This document shows, piece after piece, positions 9,720 through 19,514 of a stretch of 19,514 nt of DNA (position 1 is the first letter of the stretch; every line of letters starts with the position of its first letter). The translations under genes and the position numbers were made by a program. Origin of the DNA: Octopus sinensis (Eukaryota); the NCBI RefSeq assembly GCF_006345805.1, contig NW_021824511.1, forward strand, positions 1 to 19,514. Direction: 5' to 3'. The notes beneath the pieces were generated by a model. The model searched no databases and had not been told where the DNA came from. It saw only the letters and a list, made by a program, of their open reading frames with translations.

Positions 9720-9875
9720 GTGGAGGGAGGGAGGGAGAGAGCGGGCGGGACGGACGGAGAGAGAGAAAGAGATAGAGAGAGAGAGAGGGAGAGATAGAGA
9801 GAGGGGAGAGATAGAGGTAGAAATAGAGAGAGAGAGAGGTAGATATAGAGAGGGAGAGAGAGAAAGAGAGAGATT
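9720..9875. repeat. Polypurine (GA)n tract with a G-run cluster
   Basis: Purine-dominated + strand; GGG runs at 9725, 9729, 9733, 9743 and 9747. Confidence 0.9.
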
Positions 9876-10721
9876 ATCGGAGCGAAGTGACGTTGATAAG
9901 AGATTAATAAGGTTAGTTCTTTCTCATATCGATAGAATCGTTGAAGGCGATTGAAGCTGATCGAGCTATCGATTGTCAAGAACCGATAAAATCGAGATAA
10001 AATAGAGCACCGATGCAAACAACGTCAAAGGTGACAAGGTGAACTTGTCTGGTAAATATGATTACAATTAATTACCGTTGTTTTAGAGCTGGAGGGGTAA
10101 GGGTGTCGCCCTTACGACGCAAAGCGGAGGACAGAAGAGAGAAAGAAAGAAGGAAGGAAGGAAGGAAGCTTTGGAGAAGAAATGTCGATTGGTTATTAAC
10201 TTTATGTATTTGTTGTCAGTTTGATGTTTATTGAAATTGTCTGTAAATATTGAGGTTGTCAGATAAATTCGTTTGTTTTCTTTTCCTTACTCGGTACTCT
10301 ATCGTTATACGTCATAAAAAGAGGTAAAGCTTATTTAAATTTCAAAAATGGCGAACAAAAGTTCTGGAGGTAAAAAAAAGTAGAGCTACGACAAAAAGAA
10401 AATTTAAAAAAAACAAAAACATTAACGCTAAAATCAAAATAATTTTTTCGTTAATTCAAATAACATACGAAAGAAATAAACGAATTTTTATGCCCATTGC
10501 TATATTGTATGGCATGTGATGTTATTGATGATTTGAATAATTGTTAATATTTGGAGCTTTTAACATCTGTCATTGTATTTATAGCGGAATACTGAGGTGA
10601 GGTGCAAGACTGCATAATATTTCTACTACTGTTATGTAATTATTACGCATTTCGAGGAAACGAGTTTATGTTGCATAAAGCATTGAGTACTATACATGTT
10701 TACTGTGTATTAAAAAAAAAA

Positions 10722-11184
10722 TCATCATCATTATTATTATAATAATTGAGTGAGAGAGCAGTGCATGCTATCAAAATGACACTGGGGTAAAATATACGAA
10801 GCCTAGTATACCCATCATGACTACCTGTCTGATAAGGGTACACCAGGCACATGCATCACAACCATATGTGCGCGACATGGTGATTTCATATCAAGATAAA
10901 CAGCGTATGACCTTGCAGGTGGGGCCCAGTTAGAATTTTCTTCTGGTCGAGTAGCCCATCCCGCTCAAAAGGTCCCTGAATAAGGATTGTTTAAGGATGT
11001 TGAACGAAACACCCATGTTTCCAGAGGCGAATTATTCAAATCCCAAAGAATCCCTCTCAACACATGGCTATGATGCTCCCCCACTACTTCTGCTCGTGAT
11101 CAGAGATGCACATATCGTCAGCCACTAAGAGACATGCTTAACTGGTTAAGGTCAAACAACTGACAAGCAAATATGTGGTATTGA
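10722..11184 (-). mobile_element. Retroposon, local family D (SINE body or LINE 3' end) with (AAT/GAT)n tail
   Basis: GC-richer ~440-nt block whose minus strand ends ...GCATGCACTGCTCTCTCACTCAA directly into AAT/GAT repeats (10722-10745), the typical retroposon tail. No tRNA head is visible, so it is 5'-truncated. I recall it as an abundant octopus repeat, unverified. Confidence 0.65.
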
Positions 11185-11483
11185 TTAGAAGAGAACTAAC
11201 AACGAGTAGAACTACGAATAATTGTGCTGAGCAGACGACTGAAATGCCATGTCTATGGAACAACGGAACATTTCCGAGCTGTTTGCTCATAGAATCAAAA
11301 CAGGAAAGGGAATAGAAGGGCCCCACTACTGCAGACACCATCACTGTTATAACAACAACAAGATTGTGCAACAACACAAGTAGTACCAACTGTAATGGCA
11401 AGCTGCAAGAAGAAACAAACAAGCAAGAAGGAACAAAACAACGCAACCAGAATCAGCACCATCACTTGGTGTCTATCAATGAT

Positions 11484-11935
11484 AAGGCCAATTTAGGCCG
11501 AAATCAGGTGATCTTGTAGTCCGAGCGGTGGAATCGCAGTATTTGTGTGTTCAAATGCAACATCCATTTTTAAGTGATGAATATTTTTGGTATAAATACT
11601 ACCTCTGTTACTCTATTTTTTAATAAGACAACTGGCCTTTAGCGACATCAAAGCCGGTATTGGCTCTGTATTTCTATGTATATATCACTAGTGCTGCAGT
11701 TACTTCTATTCCCAGCTGCTTGATGGCCATCATTGGCAAGGCCAATTTAGGCTGAAATTACGTGATCTGGCTGTCCGAGTGGCGGAAGTAGCGATAATTG
11801 TCTACCGTTGGCGATAGCTATCACGTGCTTTTATGCATCTTATAACCATATGGGAGTTTTGTCTCTTAGTAAATATCGCAGCATTTGTGTGTTTTAACGC
11901 AACGTCCACTTTTAAGTGGTGAATATTTTACCTCT
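11484..11935 (+). repeat. Diverged local direct duplication (copy 1 11484-~11613; copy 2 from 11738)
   Basis: AAGGCCAATTTAGGC(C/T)GAAAT..GTGATCT..GTCCGAG(C/T)GG(T/C)GGAA and TCGCAG(T/C)ATTTGTGTGTT..TTTAAGTG(A/G)TGAATATTTT occur in both copies. Copy 2 has an extra 88 nt (11788-11875). Confidence 0.9.
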
Positions 11936-12171
11936 TGAGAGGGCTAGCTGGCGGAAACGTTAGCACGCCGGGCGAAATGCTAACCGATATTTCGTCTCTC
12001 TCAACGTTCTGAGTTCAAATTCCACCGAAGTCGACTTTGCCTTTCATCCTTCGGGGGTAGATAAATTGCGGGGATAAATGTTATCCTTCGGGGTGGATTA
12101 GCTCGGACTGGGGCCGATCTAATCGACTGGCTTCTTCCACAAAATTCGGGCCTTGTGCCCGGAGTAGAAAA
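11936..12171 (+). mobile_element. SINE local family B with target-site duplication
   Basis: Family B head and body; flanked by GAATATTTTAC(C/T)TC at 11921-11934 and 12172-12185; internal duplication of ATCCTTCGGGGGTRGAT (12046, 12083). Confidence 0.88.
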
Positions 12172-12206
12172 GAATATTTTACTTCATGACATTAATACTG
12201 CCTCTG

Positions 12207-12424
12207 AGGAAGGCGGCGAGCTGGCAAAGTCGTTAGCACGCCGGGTGAAATGCTGAGCAGTATTTCGTCTGTTGCAACGTTCTGAATTCAAATTCTGCCG
12301 AGGTCGACTTCGCCTTTCATCTTTTCGGGATCGATAAATTAAGTACCAGTTGAGTACTGGGGTTGATATAATCGACTTAGCCCTCCACTCTAAAGTTCAG
12401 GCCTTGTGCCTATAGTAGAAAGGA
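12207..12424 (+). mobile_element. SINE local family B with target-site duplication
   Basis: Family B head and body; flanked by TTAATACTGCCTCTG (12192-12206) and TTAAAACTGCTTCTG (12425-12439), 13/15 identical. Confidence 0.9.
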
Positions 12425-13101
12425 TTAAAACTGCTTCTGTTGCTCATTTTTATTTTTAAAAAAACTGTAATTTCTTTTCGTTGGATCGCTTTTCGCAAAA
12501 CATTTTATTACAAGCCTATTCATTTCTTTCGTCTATTTTATCTTTATTCCGTCTTGTTGTCGACCAGTTGAGGTCCACTGTGATGTATTGCTCATATCTG
12601 GAACAGCGCTGTAGTTGCATACTTTGTGCATGTTGAAAAGGAGTCACTTCACTGCTCAGCAGTAAAGCCATTAAGCCTCATTCTTTCCCTGTCGGGCGCG
12701 ACACCTTCACCTTCAGTTCCGGTCCCGAGTGCGCCGTTATTTCTATCTTCAATATTTGATGTATCCACTCAATCGCAGATGGGTTTTATCATAAGGTTTT
12801 CCTCCCCTACTATTTTTGTCATGACATTATCAGTAGTAGAATGTTGCCGGCCAGAGGCTGAAGATCTATTCCTGGTCATGAGATTAACGGCTATCGCCAA
12901 CCCGGTATTTCAAAGACACAAGGAAAAACATTATAATTATAATGAGGTAACGATGATGATGATGATGATGATGATGATAATGATGATTTCTTTTATTGAC
13001 CACAGTAGCCCAAGGCATTGAAGACATTAAAGGCAAAAATACTAGACAACGATAAGTATATATAACAAAGGATATAGAACAATAATTCAGAAAGATAAAA
13101 A

Positions 13102-13240
13102 ATGTTATCCTCAAACGCAGGTAAGTCCACCTAAGATAATTCGGGAGAAAACCCCCACATGCGAATAGTCTCGGACAAAAATTGTGCTAAGCCTTTTTTC
13201 AGATTCAGGAGAAACAATCCAGTTGTCCGTATTCAGAAAG
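13102..13240 (+). CDS. Candidate spliced mini-exons (13102-13120 and 13203-13240), product unknown
   Basis: Consensus donor CAG|GTAAGT at 13120/1, 82-nt intron ending CCTTTTTTCAG, 38-nt exon, donor AAG|GTTAGT at 13240/1. AAAA-ATG with an upstream in-frame stop gives MLSSNA-DSGETIQLSVFRK. All three frames of the 38-nt exon are open, so the frame is not fixed. Confidence 0.3.
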
Positions 13241-13799
13241 GTTAGTGTCATCTTATTTGGCTGCTATTTCTTAAAACCGAATACCGGCTATCACACCCCT
13301 CCCCGCCACCACCTCTGTCTAGTTTGAACGAACGACTGACGACGCAGAGAAAATCACGTAACGGGAAACAAGTAAACTGTCACGTAGTCATTACATTATT
13401 CAGAGAACAATGAGTTTGTACATTGATTGACACAAGGACACCTATAACAACAACAACAACAATGATATGATGAATGATATGATGATGCTTATGATATTGA
13501 TAATGATGATGGTGATAACAATTGACGATGGCGGTGGTTGTGGTGTTGGTGGTGTTGGCGGTGAGGTGATGCAATCCGGTGCAGCTGATTGTGTAATCTG
13601 TTAAAGATACACTTCAGATATGAATAACGCGGAAAAAGTTTGTTAAAAAAGACCAACAAAATCTTAGAGATTGCAGCCAATGTAATCTCAGGACATGATG
13701 TGAAACAACAATGGAACATGTGTGTATGTGCTTGTGTGTGCGTGCGTGTGTGTGTGTGTGTGTTTGAGGGGGAGTGTGTGTGAGTGTGTGTGTGTGTTT

Positions 13800-14014
13800 G
13801 AGGGGGAGTGTGTGTGAGTGTGTGTGAGTGTGTGTGTGTGTATGTGTGTGAGAGAGAGAGAATGTGTGAGTGTGTGTGTAGAGAGAGGGTGTGTACGAGT
13901 GTATGTATGAGTATGTGTATAAATATGTTTAAGTGTATGTGTGTGTATGAGTGTGTGTATGTGTATGAGAGAATGTATATATATGTGTGTGTGTATGTGT
14001 GTGTATGAGGGAGT

Positions 14015-14054
<40 letters not shown>

Positions 14055-14190
14055 ATGTGTGAGTGTGTGTAGAGAGAGGGTGTGTACGAGTGTATGTATG
14101 AGTATGTGTATAAATATGTTTAAGTGTATGTGTGTGTATGTGTATGAGAGAATGTATATATATGTGTGTGTGTATGTGTGTGTATGAGGG

Positions 14191-14233
<43 letters not shown>

Positions 14234-14387
14234 ATGTGTGAGTGTGTGTAGAGAGAGGGTGTGTAGAGAGAGGGTGTGTACGAGTGTATGTATGAGTATG
14301 TGTATAAATATGTTTAAGTGTATGTATGTGTATGTGTATGAGAGAATGTATATATATGTGTGTGTGTATGTGTGTGTATGAGGGAGA

Positions 14388-14421
<34 letters not shown>

Positions 14422-14560
14422 ATGTGTGAGTGTGTGTAGATAGAGGGTGTGTATAAGTGTATGTATGAGTATGTGTATAAATATGTTTAAGTGTATGTGT
14501 GTGTATGAGTGTGTGTATGTGTATGTGTATGAGAGAATATATATGTGTGTGTGTGTATGT
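13800..14560. repeat. Higher-order tandem repeat (~173-194-bp units) built from GT/GA/TA microsatellite blocks
   Basis: Anchor AAATATGTTTAAGTGTATG at 13921, 14112, 14306 and 14479 (spacings 191, 194, 173), each preceded by GAGAGAATGTGTGAGTGTGT..GAGGGTGTGTA..GAGTATGTGTAT. Confidence 0.92.
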
Positions 14561-14892
14561 GTATATGTGTATGTGTATGAGAGAGAATGTATATGAGTGC
14601 GCATGTGTATGAGTGTGTGTATGTGTATGAGAGAATTTATACGAGTGTGTGTGTGTATGAATGTATGTATGAGTATATGTACAAGTATGTGTCAGTATAT
14701 ATGTGTATATGTGTATGAGAATGTATATGAGTGTGTGTGTGTGTGTAGTGCATGAGAGAATGTATATGAGTGTGTATGTGTATGAGAGAGAATATATATG
14801 AATGTGTGTGTATGAGTGTGTGTATGACTTTGTGTGTGTGTATAAGAGAGTGTGTGTAAGTGAGAGATAGAGAGTGTGTGTATGAGTGTGTG

Positions 14893-14930
<38 letters not shown>

Positions 14931-16052
14931 TGTGTGTGTGTGTGCGTGTGTGAGTCACTGTGTGTGTATGTGTGCGTGTGAACATGTGTATGCGCGTAAG
15001 TCAATGCATTTGATATTAATTGCAAATGTGTGTATATTTAAGTGTGCGCGCGCCCGTGTGTGTGTATGTCTATGAGTAGGTGTATAAATGTATGCTTGTG
15101 AATGTGTGTAAACGTGTAAACGTGTGTGTGTGTGCGTCAGTCCATGCATTTAGTTTTGATCGCAGATGTATTAGTGAGTATACGTGTGAGTATGTATGTA
15201 TGTGAATGTGTGTGCGTGTGCGTATGAGTATATGTGTCAGTGAATGTATGTATTTGCGTGCGAGTGTGTGAGTGTGTGTACATGGGAAGTGTGTCCAAGC
15301 GTATGTGTGTGTTTGTGCGTGTATGTGATTGTATGCATTTCTGCGTTTGTAAGTGCATGTGTGGCTGTGAGTGTGTGTGTGTGTGTGTGGTGTGTGTGTG
15401 TGTGTGTGTATGCTTCTAGGTGTTGAAGTTGTGCGTATGTGTTTTTAGATGTGTATGTATATATGTACGTGTATTTTGATGTGTGTCCGTGAGTGTGTGT
15501 GTATGTATGTATGCACGTACTTGGAGGGTACATATAATTTATTTTACCTGCCGGTTTCATGTACTTTTACTCTGGAGTATCGACCGGCATACCACAGTTT
15601 CTTCAGGCAAATTAGACTTGATCCCAGCCAGAACCGCATGTGTATCCTTCACATATATTCATACATACACATACATATACACATGTATTTAGTTCACACA
15701 CATACACACACATATGCACCCATATGCATACATATATATACTCATACATACACACAGAGCCATTGATACACATACCAATATATAAATCCATTCTCTCTCT
15801 CTCACACAAACATATATACACTCTTACATATGCGCGCACTCATACACACACACACATATATATAATAACACACATCCACTTCTAAGTAAGTTTTATCTTA
15901 TATATATATATTAATACATATACACACACACATATATATACGTATATACATATATATGTATACATACACACACACACATAAATATATATATATGTATATA
16001 TACATACATACATACATATATATATATACATATACATATATATATAACGGGA

Positions 16053-16084
<32 letters not shown>

Positions 16085-16100
16085 ATGTATATATATATAT
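14560..16100. repeat. Degenerate (GT)n/(CA)n/(TA)n low-complexity field
   Basis: Direct inspection; GT-rich on + until ~15520, CA-rich after ~15650. Confidence 0.85.
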
Positions 16101-16254
16101 TACTTTATATAATTAGGGTTCAGCAAAAAAATTTACTTTACCACACACCAAACTTTTAGAAATAGCAGCCAAAGAATTTAGCTATTTCCTCTACTATAAG
16201 AAGTGTCTTCCAGACAATGTATACTCAAAAACAATATATATATATATATATATT

Positions 16255-16287
16255 TTTCTTTACTACCCAAAAGGGGCTAAACAAGAG
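16255..16287 (-). mobile_element. Very short 3' fragment of the family B tail variant seen at 2800-2840
   Basis: TTCTTTACTACCCAAAAGGGGCTAAACA resembles the reverse complement of TGTTTAGTCCCTTCTGGGCAATAAAGAA. Confidence 0.55.
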
Positions 16288-16499
16288 TATATATATATAT
16301 ATATATATATGATATATATACATATGTACATAGACACACACACGCACACATACATATACACATACATACATGCATACATGCATAAACGAGTGAGTGGATA
16401 ATCGAATAAAGTTGGCACTCGACACATTTCGTAGGAATTTACATATATCTTTAAATAACAGTTAAACTCAGATTCTTATGATGTATAGTTATGTGGGAA

Positions 16500-16690
16500 C
16501 GTACGTTGAACCCACCTAATTAGAAATCGTCATCCTTCGCGTCCACGAAATTGAGTCAAACTGCTATTGATATATGACGAAGAGCTCTGCCCGAAACGTA
16601 AAAAACCTCACTCCTTTTCCCGCCTTTACAGAGCGTCAAGCGAATACATTCGACACGTACGTCCTTTTGTTGTTTTGCAATTTATTATGT
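16500..16690 (+). mobile_element. Penelope-like terminal remnant with a degenerate hammerhead-like motif (16574-16600)
   Basis: ATGACGA-A-GAGC-TCT-GCCC-GAAAC-GTA. Downstream GAGCGTCAAGCGAATAC..T-rich tail resembles GAGCGTTAAACTAATA downstream of the 2998-3037 motif. Boundaries approximate. Confidence 0.5.
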
Positions 16691-16736
16691 TTAATGTTCG
16701 ATTTTTAATGTTCAAATTTTAATGTTCGATTTAACT

Positions 16737-16786
<50 letters not shown>

Positions 16787-17167
16787 CAAGTACGCTCAGG
16801 CATATTCGAACGTAAATATGCAAATTGCTATTATATTTCGTCATTGGAGAAGAACGTCTTTCATAATATATTCGATTCGTTAGCGTAAGGGGACTTTGGG
16901 ATACTCGGTGTTTCAACATCGTTGTTTCGACACCGTTGTTTCTCCTCAGCCAGCTCTACCCTAAAGCTAGAACCGTATCGTGAATACACACTCGCCTGAA
17001 AAGCAGTTGTCTCCGATTACAAAATACAACAGCGATTAGCATTTTCACGTTAGAATCTGCCGAAGTGTATTAAGGAAGAATATGTATGCCGTCGTGAGTA
17101 AGTATATATGTATGTATGTATGTACATATACATACACACACTTATACATACATAATTACACACACGT

Positions 17168-17340
17168 ATTCTCTTTTACTTGCTTCAGTCATTGAACTGC
17201 GACCATGTTTAGGCATTTATTTTAAGCCTGGTAGTAACTCCATAAAATCTCCTTGTCGAACTGCTATGTTACAGGGACGTAGTTACACCGACAACAGTTG
17301 TCAAGCGGTGGTGAGGGCAAACACAGACACACAGACACAA
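17168..17340 (-). mobile_element. SINE local family A, 3' half with internal deletion
   Basis: CTTTTACTTGCTTCAGTCATT..CCATG and GTTGTCAAGCGGTGGTGAGGGCAAACACAGACAC match 18655-18850. Confidence 0.8.
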
Positions 17341-17371
17341 CAGAGACATTATATATACATACATATATGTT

Positions 17372-17616
17372 CTTTTATTCTCTTACTTGTTTCAGTCATC
17401 TGTTTGCGGCCATGCTGGAGCACCGCATTCAGGCGAAGAAATATATATATATAAGACGGGGTTCTTTCAGTTTCCGTCTACCAAACCCAGCTACAAGGCA
17501 TTTGTCGGTTCGAAGCTATAGCAGAAAACATTTGTGCTCGGTGTCACGTAGTGGACAGAACAGGAAACCACGTGGCTGGAAAGTAAACTTCTGAGAAAAC
17601 AGCCATGCCTGCGCCT
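17372..17616 (-). mobile_element. SINE local family A: head plus short terminal fragment
   Basis: TTCTTTCAGTTTCCGTCTACCAAA..CAGCCATGCCTGCGCCT (head, reverse complement) and CTTACTTGTTTCAGTCAT..GCGGCCATGCTGGAGCACCGC (3' end). Confidence 0.82.
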
Positions 17617-18394
17617 ACACACACACACAAAACATAGGAAACATACAAGTATATACAGCGTGTATTTATTTATATCTGTATCGGTATTTATATCAAAGAG
17701 AAAGTGAGAAAGAGAGAGAGAGGAGGGGTACGGAGTAAGAGCGAAAGTGAGCGATAAAATATGATTCATCAAGGCGCAAAAACACATACACACATACATA
17801 GACGCATAAAGACGTGTATATATAACTGATATGATTAAAATAGGAAGTTACTAAATGAACTAGTTGACTTAAGTTAAATGTGTGTATGTGTGTGGGTGTG
17901 TATATGCATGTATATATATATATATATATATATATAATTATATATATATATATATTATATAGGTGTGGGTAGATATATATATATATATGTGTGTGTAGAT
18001 ATATATATATATATATATGTGTGTGTGTAGATATATATGTTGTGGTAGATATATATATATATATATGTGTGTGTAGATATATATATATGTGTGTGTGTGT
18101 GTTGATATATATATATATGTGTGTGTGTATATATATATATATATATGTGGTGTGTAGATATATATATATATATATATTATATGTGTGTGTGTGTGTGTAG
18201 ATATATATATATATATATATATTTATTGGTCTCGGGAGTCATTCGATCTATACGCATGTTTGCGACCATGTTTTCCGGGATCATGTTTACTTGTTACTGG
18301 CTGCTGTTGCTGTTGTTTAGCCCCGGGTCAGAGCAAAACAAACATACAACAGTACTGAAGCAAGTAAAAGAAAAAAAGACACACATTCATACAT

Positions 18395-18603
18395 AATCCT
18401 TTCTACTATAGGCCTGAAACTGGGTGCGAGGAGAGCAGTCGGTTAGATCGATTCCAGTGCGTAACTGGTACTTATTTAATCGACCCCGAAAGGATGACAG
18501 GCAAAGTCGACCTCGGCGGAATTTGAACTCAGAACGTAGCGGCAGACGAAATACCGTGAAGCATTTCGCCCAGCATGCTAACGTTTCTGCCAGCCCGCCG
18601 CCT
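18395..18603 (-). mobile_element. SINE local family B with target-site duplication
   Basis: Reverse complement of the family B head and body; TCATACATAAT repeated at 18387-18397 and 18603-18613. Confidence 0.92.
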
Positions 18604-18654
18604 CATACATAATATAACAACAAACATATACATACAAACGTGCATGCATATATA

Positions 18655-19105
18655 CTTTTATTCTTTTACTTGCTTCAGTCATTTGACTACGGCCATGCTG
18701 GAGCACCGCCTTTAGTCGAACAAATCGATCCCAGGACTTATTTGTAAGCCAAGTAATTATTCTTAGGTCACTTTTGCTGAATCGCTAGGTCACAAGGACG
18801 TAAACATACCAGCATATCGGTTGTCAAGCGATGTTGGGGGAATAAACACAGACACACAACACACACACATACACACACACATACACACACATACAAGCAC
18901 ACAGACACACACACACACATACAAGCACACAGACACACACACAGAGAACGAGCTTCTTTCAGTTTCCTTCTTCCAAATGCACTCACAAGGCTTTGGTCGG
19001 CCCGAGGATATAGTAGAAGATACTTGCCCAAGGTGCCACGCAATGGGACTGAACCCGGAACCATGTGGCTGGGAAGCAAGCTACCTACCACCTACCATTC
19101 AGCCA
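18655..19105 (-). mobile_element. Near full-length tRNA-derived SINE, local family A
   Basis: Head TGGCTG..TGGTAGGTAGCTTGCTTCCCAGCCACATGGTTCCGGGTTCAGTCCC (B-box-like at 19045-19056), CORE-like GGCACCTTGGGCAAGT, internal (GT)n, 3' half ending TGACTGAAGCAAGTAAAAGAA. Confidence 0.92.
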
Positions 19106-19110
19106 TACAA

Positions 19111-19149
<39 letters not shown>

Positions 19150-19514
19150 TATATATAAGGAATCTAATGCTCTTAGTTTAATTTTTCCTTGGGACTGGCC
19201 AGATTAGAGTATAACTAGCCGAAATTGCAAAGATATTCTGGAACTCGACAGAGGAAAGAAAACTCCGAATGATCCGTCCTTGTTTTCTTTGTATCGTCTA
19301 TCTAGATGTTTTTCTTCTCCCTTGTTTGTATCACCTTACTGTCTGGATGTTTTGCGTTCTTGGCCCATTTCGTATTTAATATATATATATATATATATAT
19401 ACATACACATAAATATATATGTGCATTTATATGTGTATGTGTGGTGTGTGCGTGTGCGCCTTTTTACCACTCTGGCGTAGTGTTAACAACAAACAAGATG
19501 AGGATGTATATCAG

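Noticed and set aside
10079-10091. GTTTTAGAGCT, matching the start of a type II CRISPR repeat / sgRNA scaffold
   Set aside because: A single 11-nt match with no repeats, spacers or cas genes, in eukaryotic DNA; chance.
10348-10375. CAAAA-ATG GCG AAC AAA AGT TCT GGA G|GTAAAA possible first exon (MANKSSG)
   Set aside because: Weak donor and no supportable downstream exon.
14120-15025. 301-aa His/Thr-rich ORF on the minus strand
   Set aside because: It is the (CA)n reading of the GT-rich repeat field; length reflects the absence of stops in dinucleotide repeats.
17055-17105. Possible micro-exon NLPKCIKEEYVCR between CACGTTAG and GTGAGT/GTAAGT
   Set aside because: Splice sites are plausible, but the peptide is too short to identify and the larger upstream exon option has stops in all frames.
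19249-19270. CAGAGGA-AAG-AAAA-CTCC-GAAT, a possible further decayed hammerhead
   Set aside because: Too many core mismatches (CAGA, GAAT) and poor stem II; cannot be supported from this copy alone.

Overview
AT-rich, microsatellite-saturated eukaryotic genomic DNA, intronic or intergenic in character. It is most likely from an octopus or other cephalopod; this is inferred from the microsatellite density and the tRNA-derived SINE types and was not confirmed by a search. No intact protein-coding gene is supported, and almost all supplied ORFs are translations of simple repeats. Recognisable content: (1) a complete but dead Tc1-like DNA transposon (7963-9401, 25-bp TIRs, TA target duplication) whose transposase has DD36E rather than DD34E spacing; (2) about a dozen SINE copies or fragments from several families, some with clear target-site duplications and nested insertions (the family labels A-D are local to this report); (3) a non-autonomous Helitron-like element ending in hairpin + CTAG; (4) several hammerhead-ribozyme-like motifs of the type carried by Penelope-like retroelement termini, two of which lie at the apex of long inverted repeats (7561-7821 and 3312-3409); (5) an old local duplication that preserves an empty site for two SINE insertions; (6) a ~190-bp higher-order repeat built from microsatellite blocks; (7) a few weak splice-site-bounded exon candidates, the best at 13102-13240.
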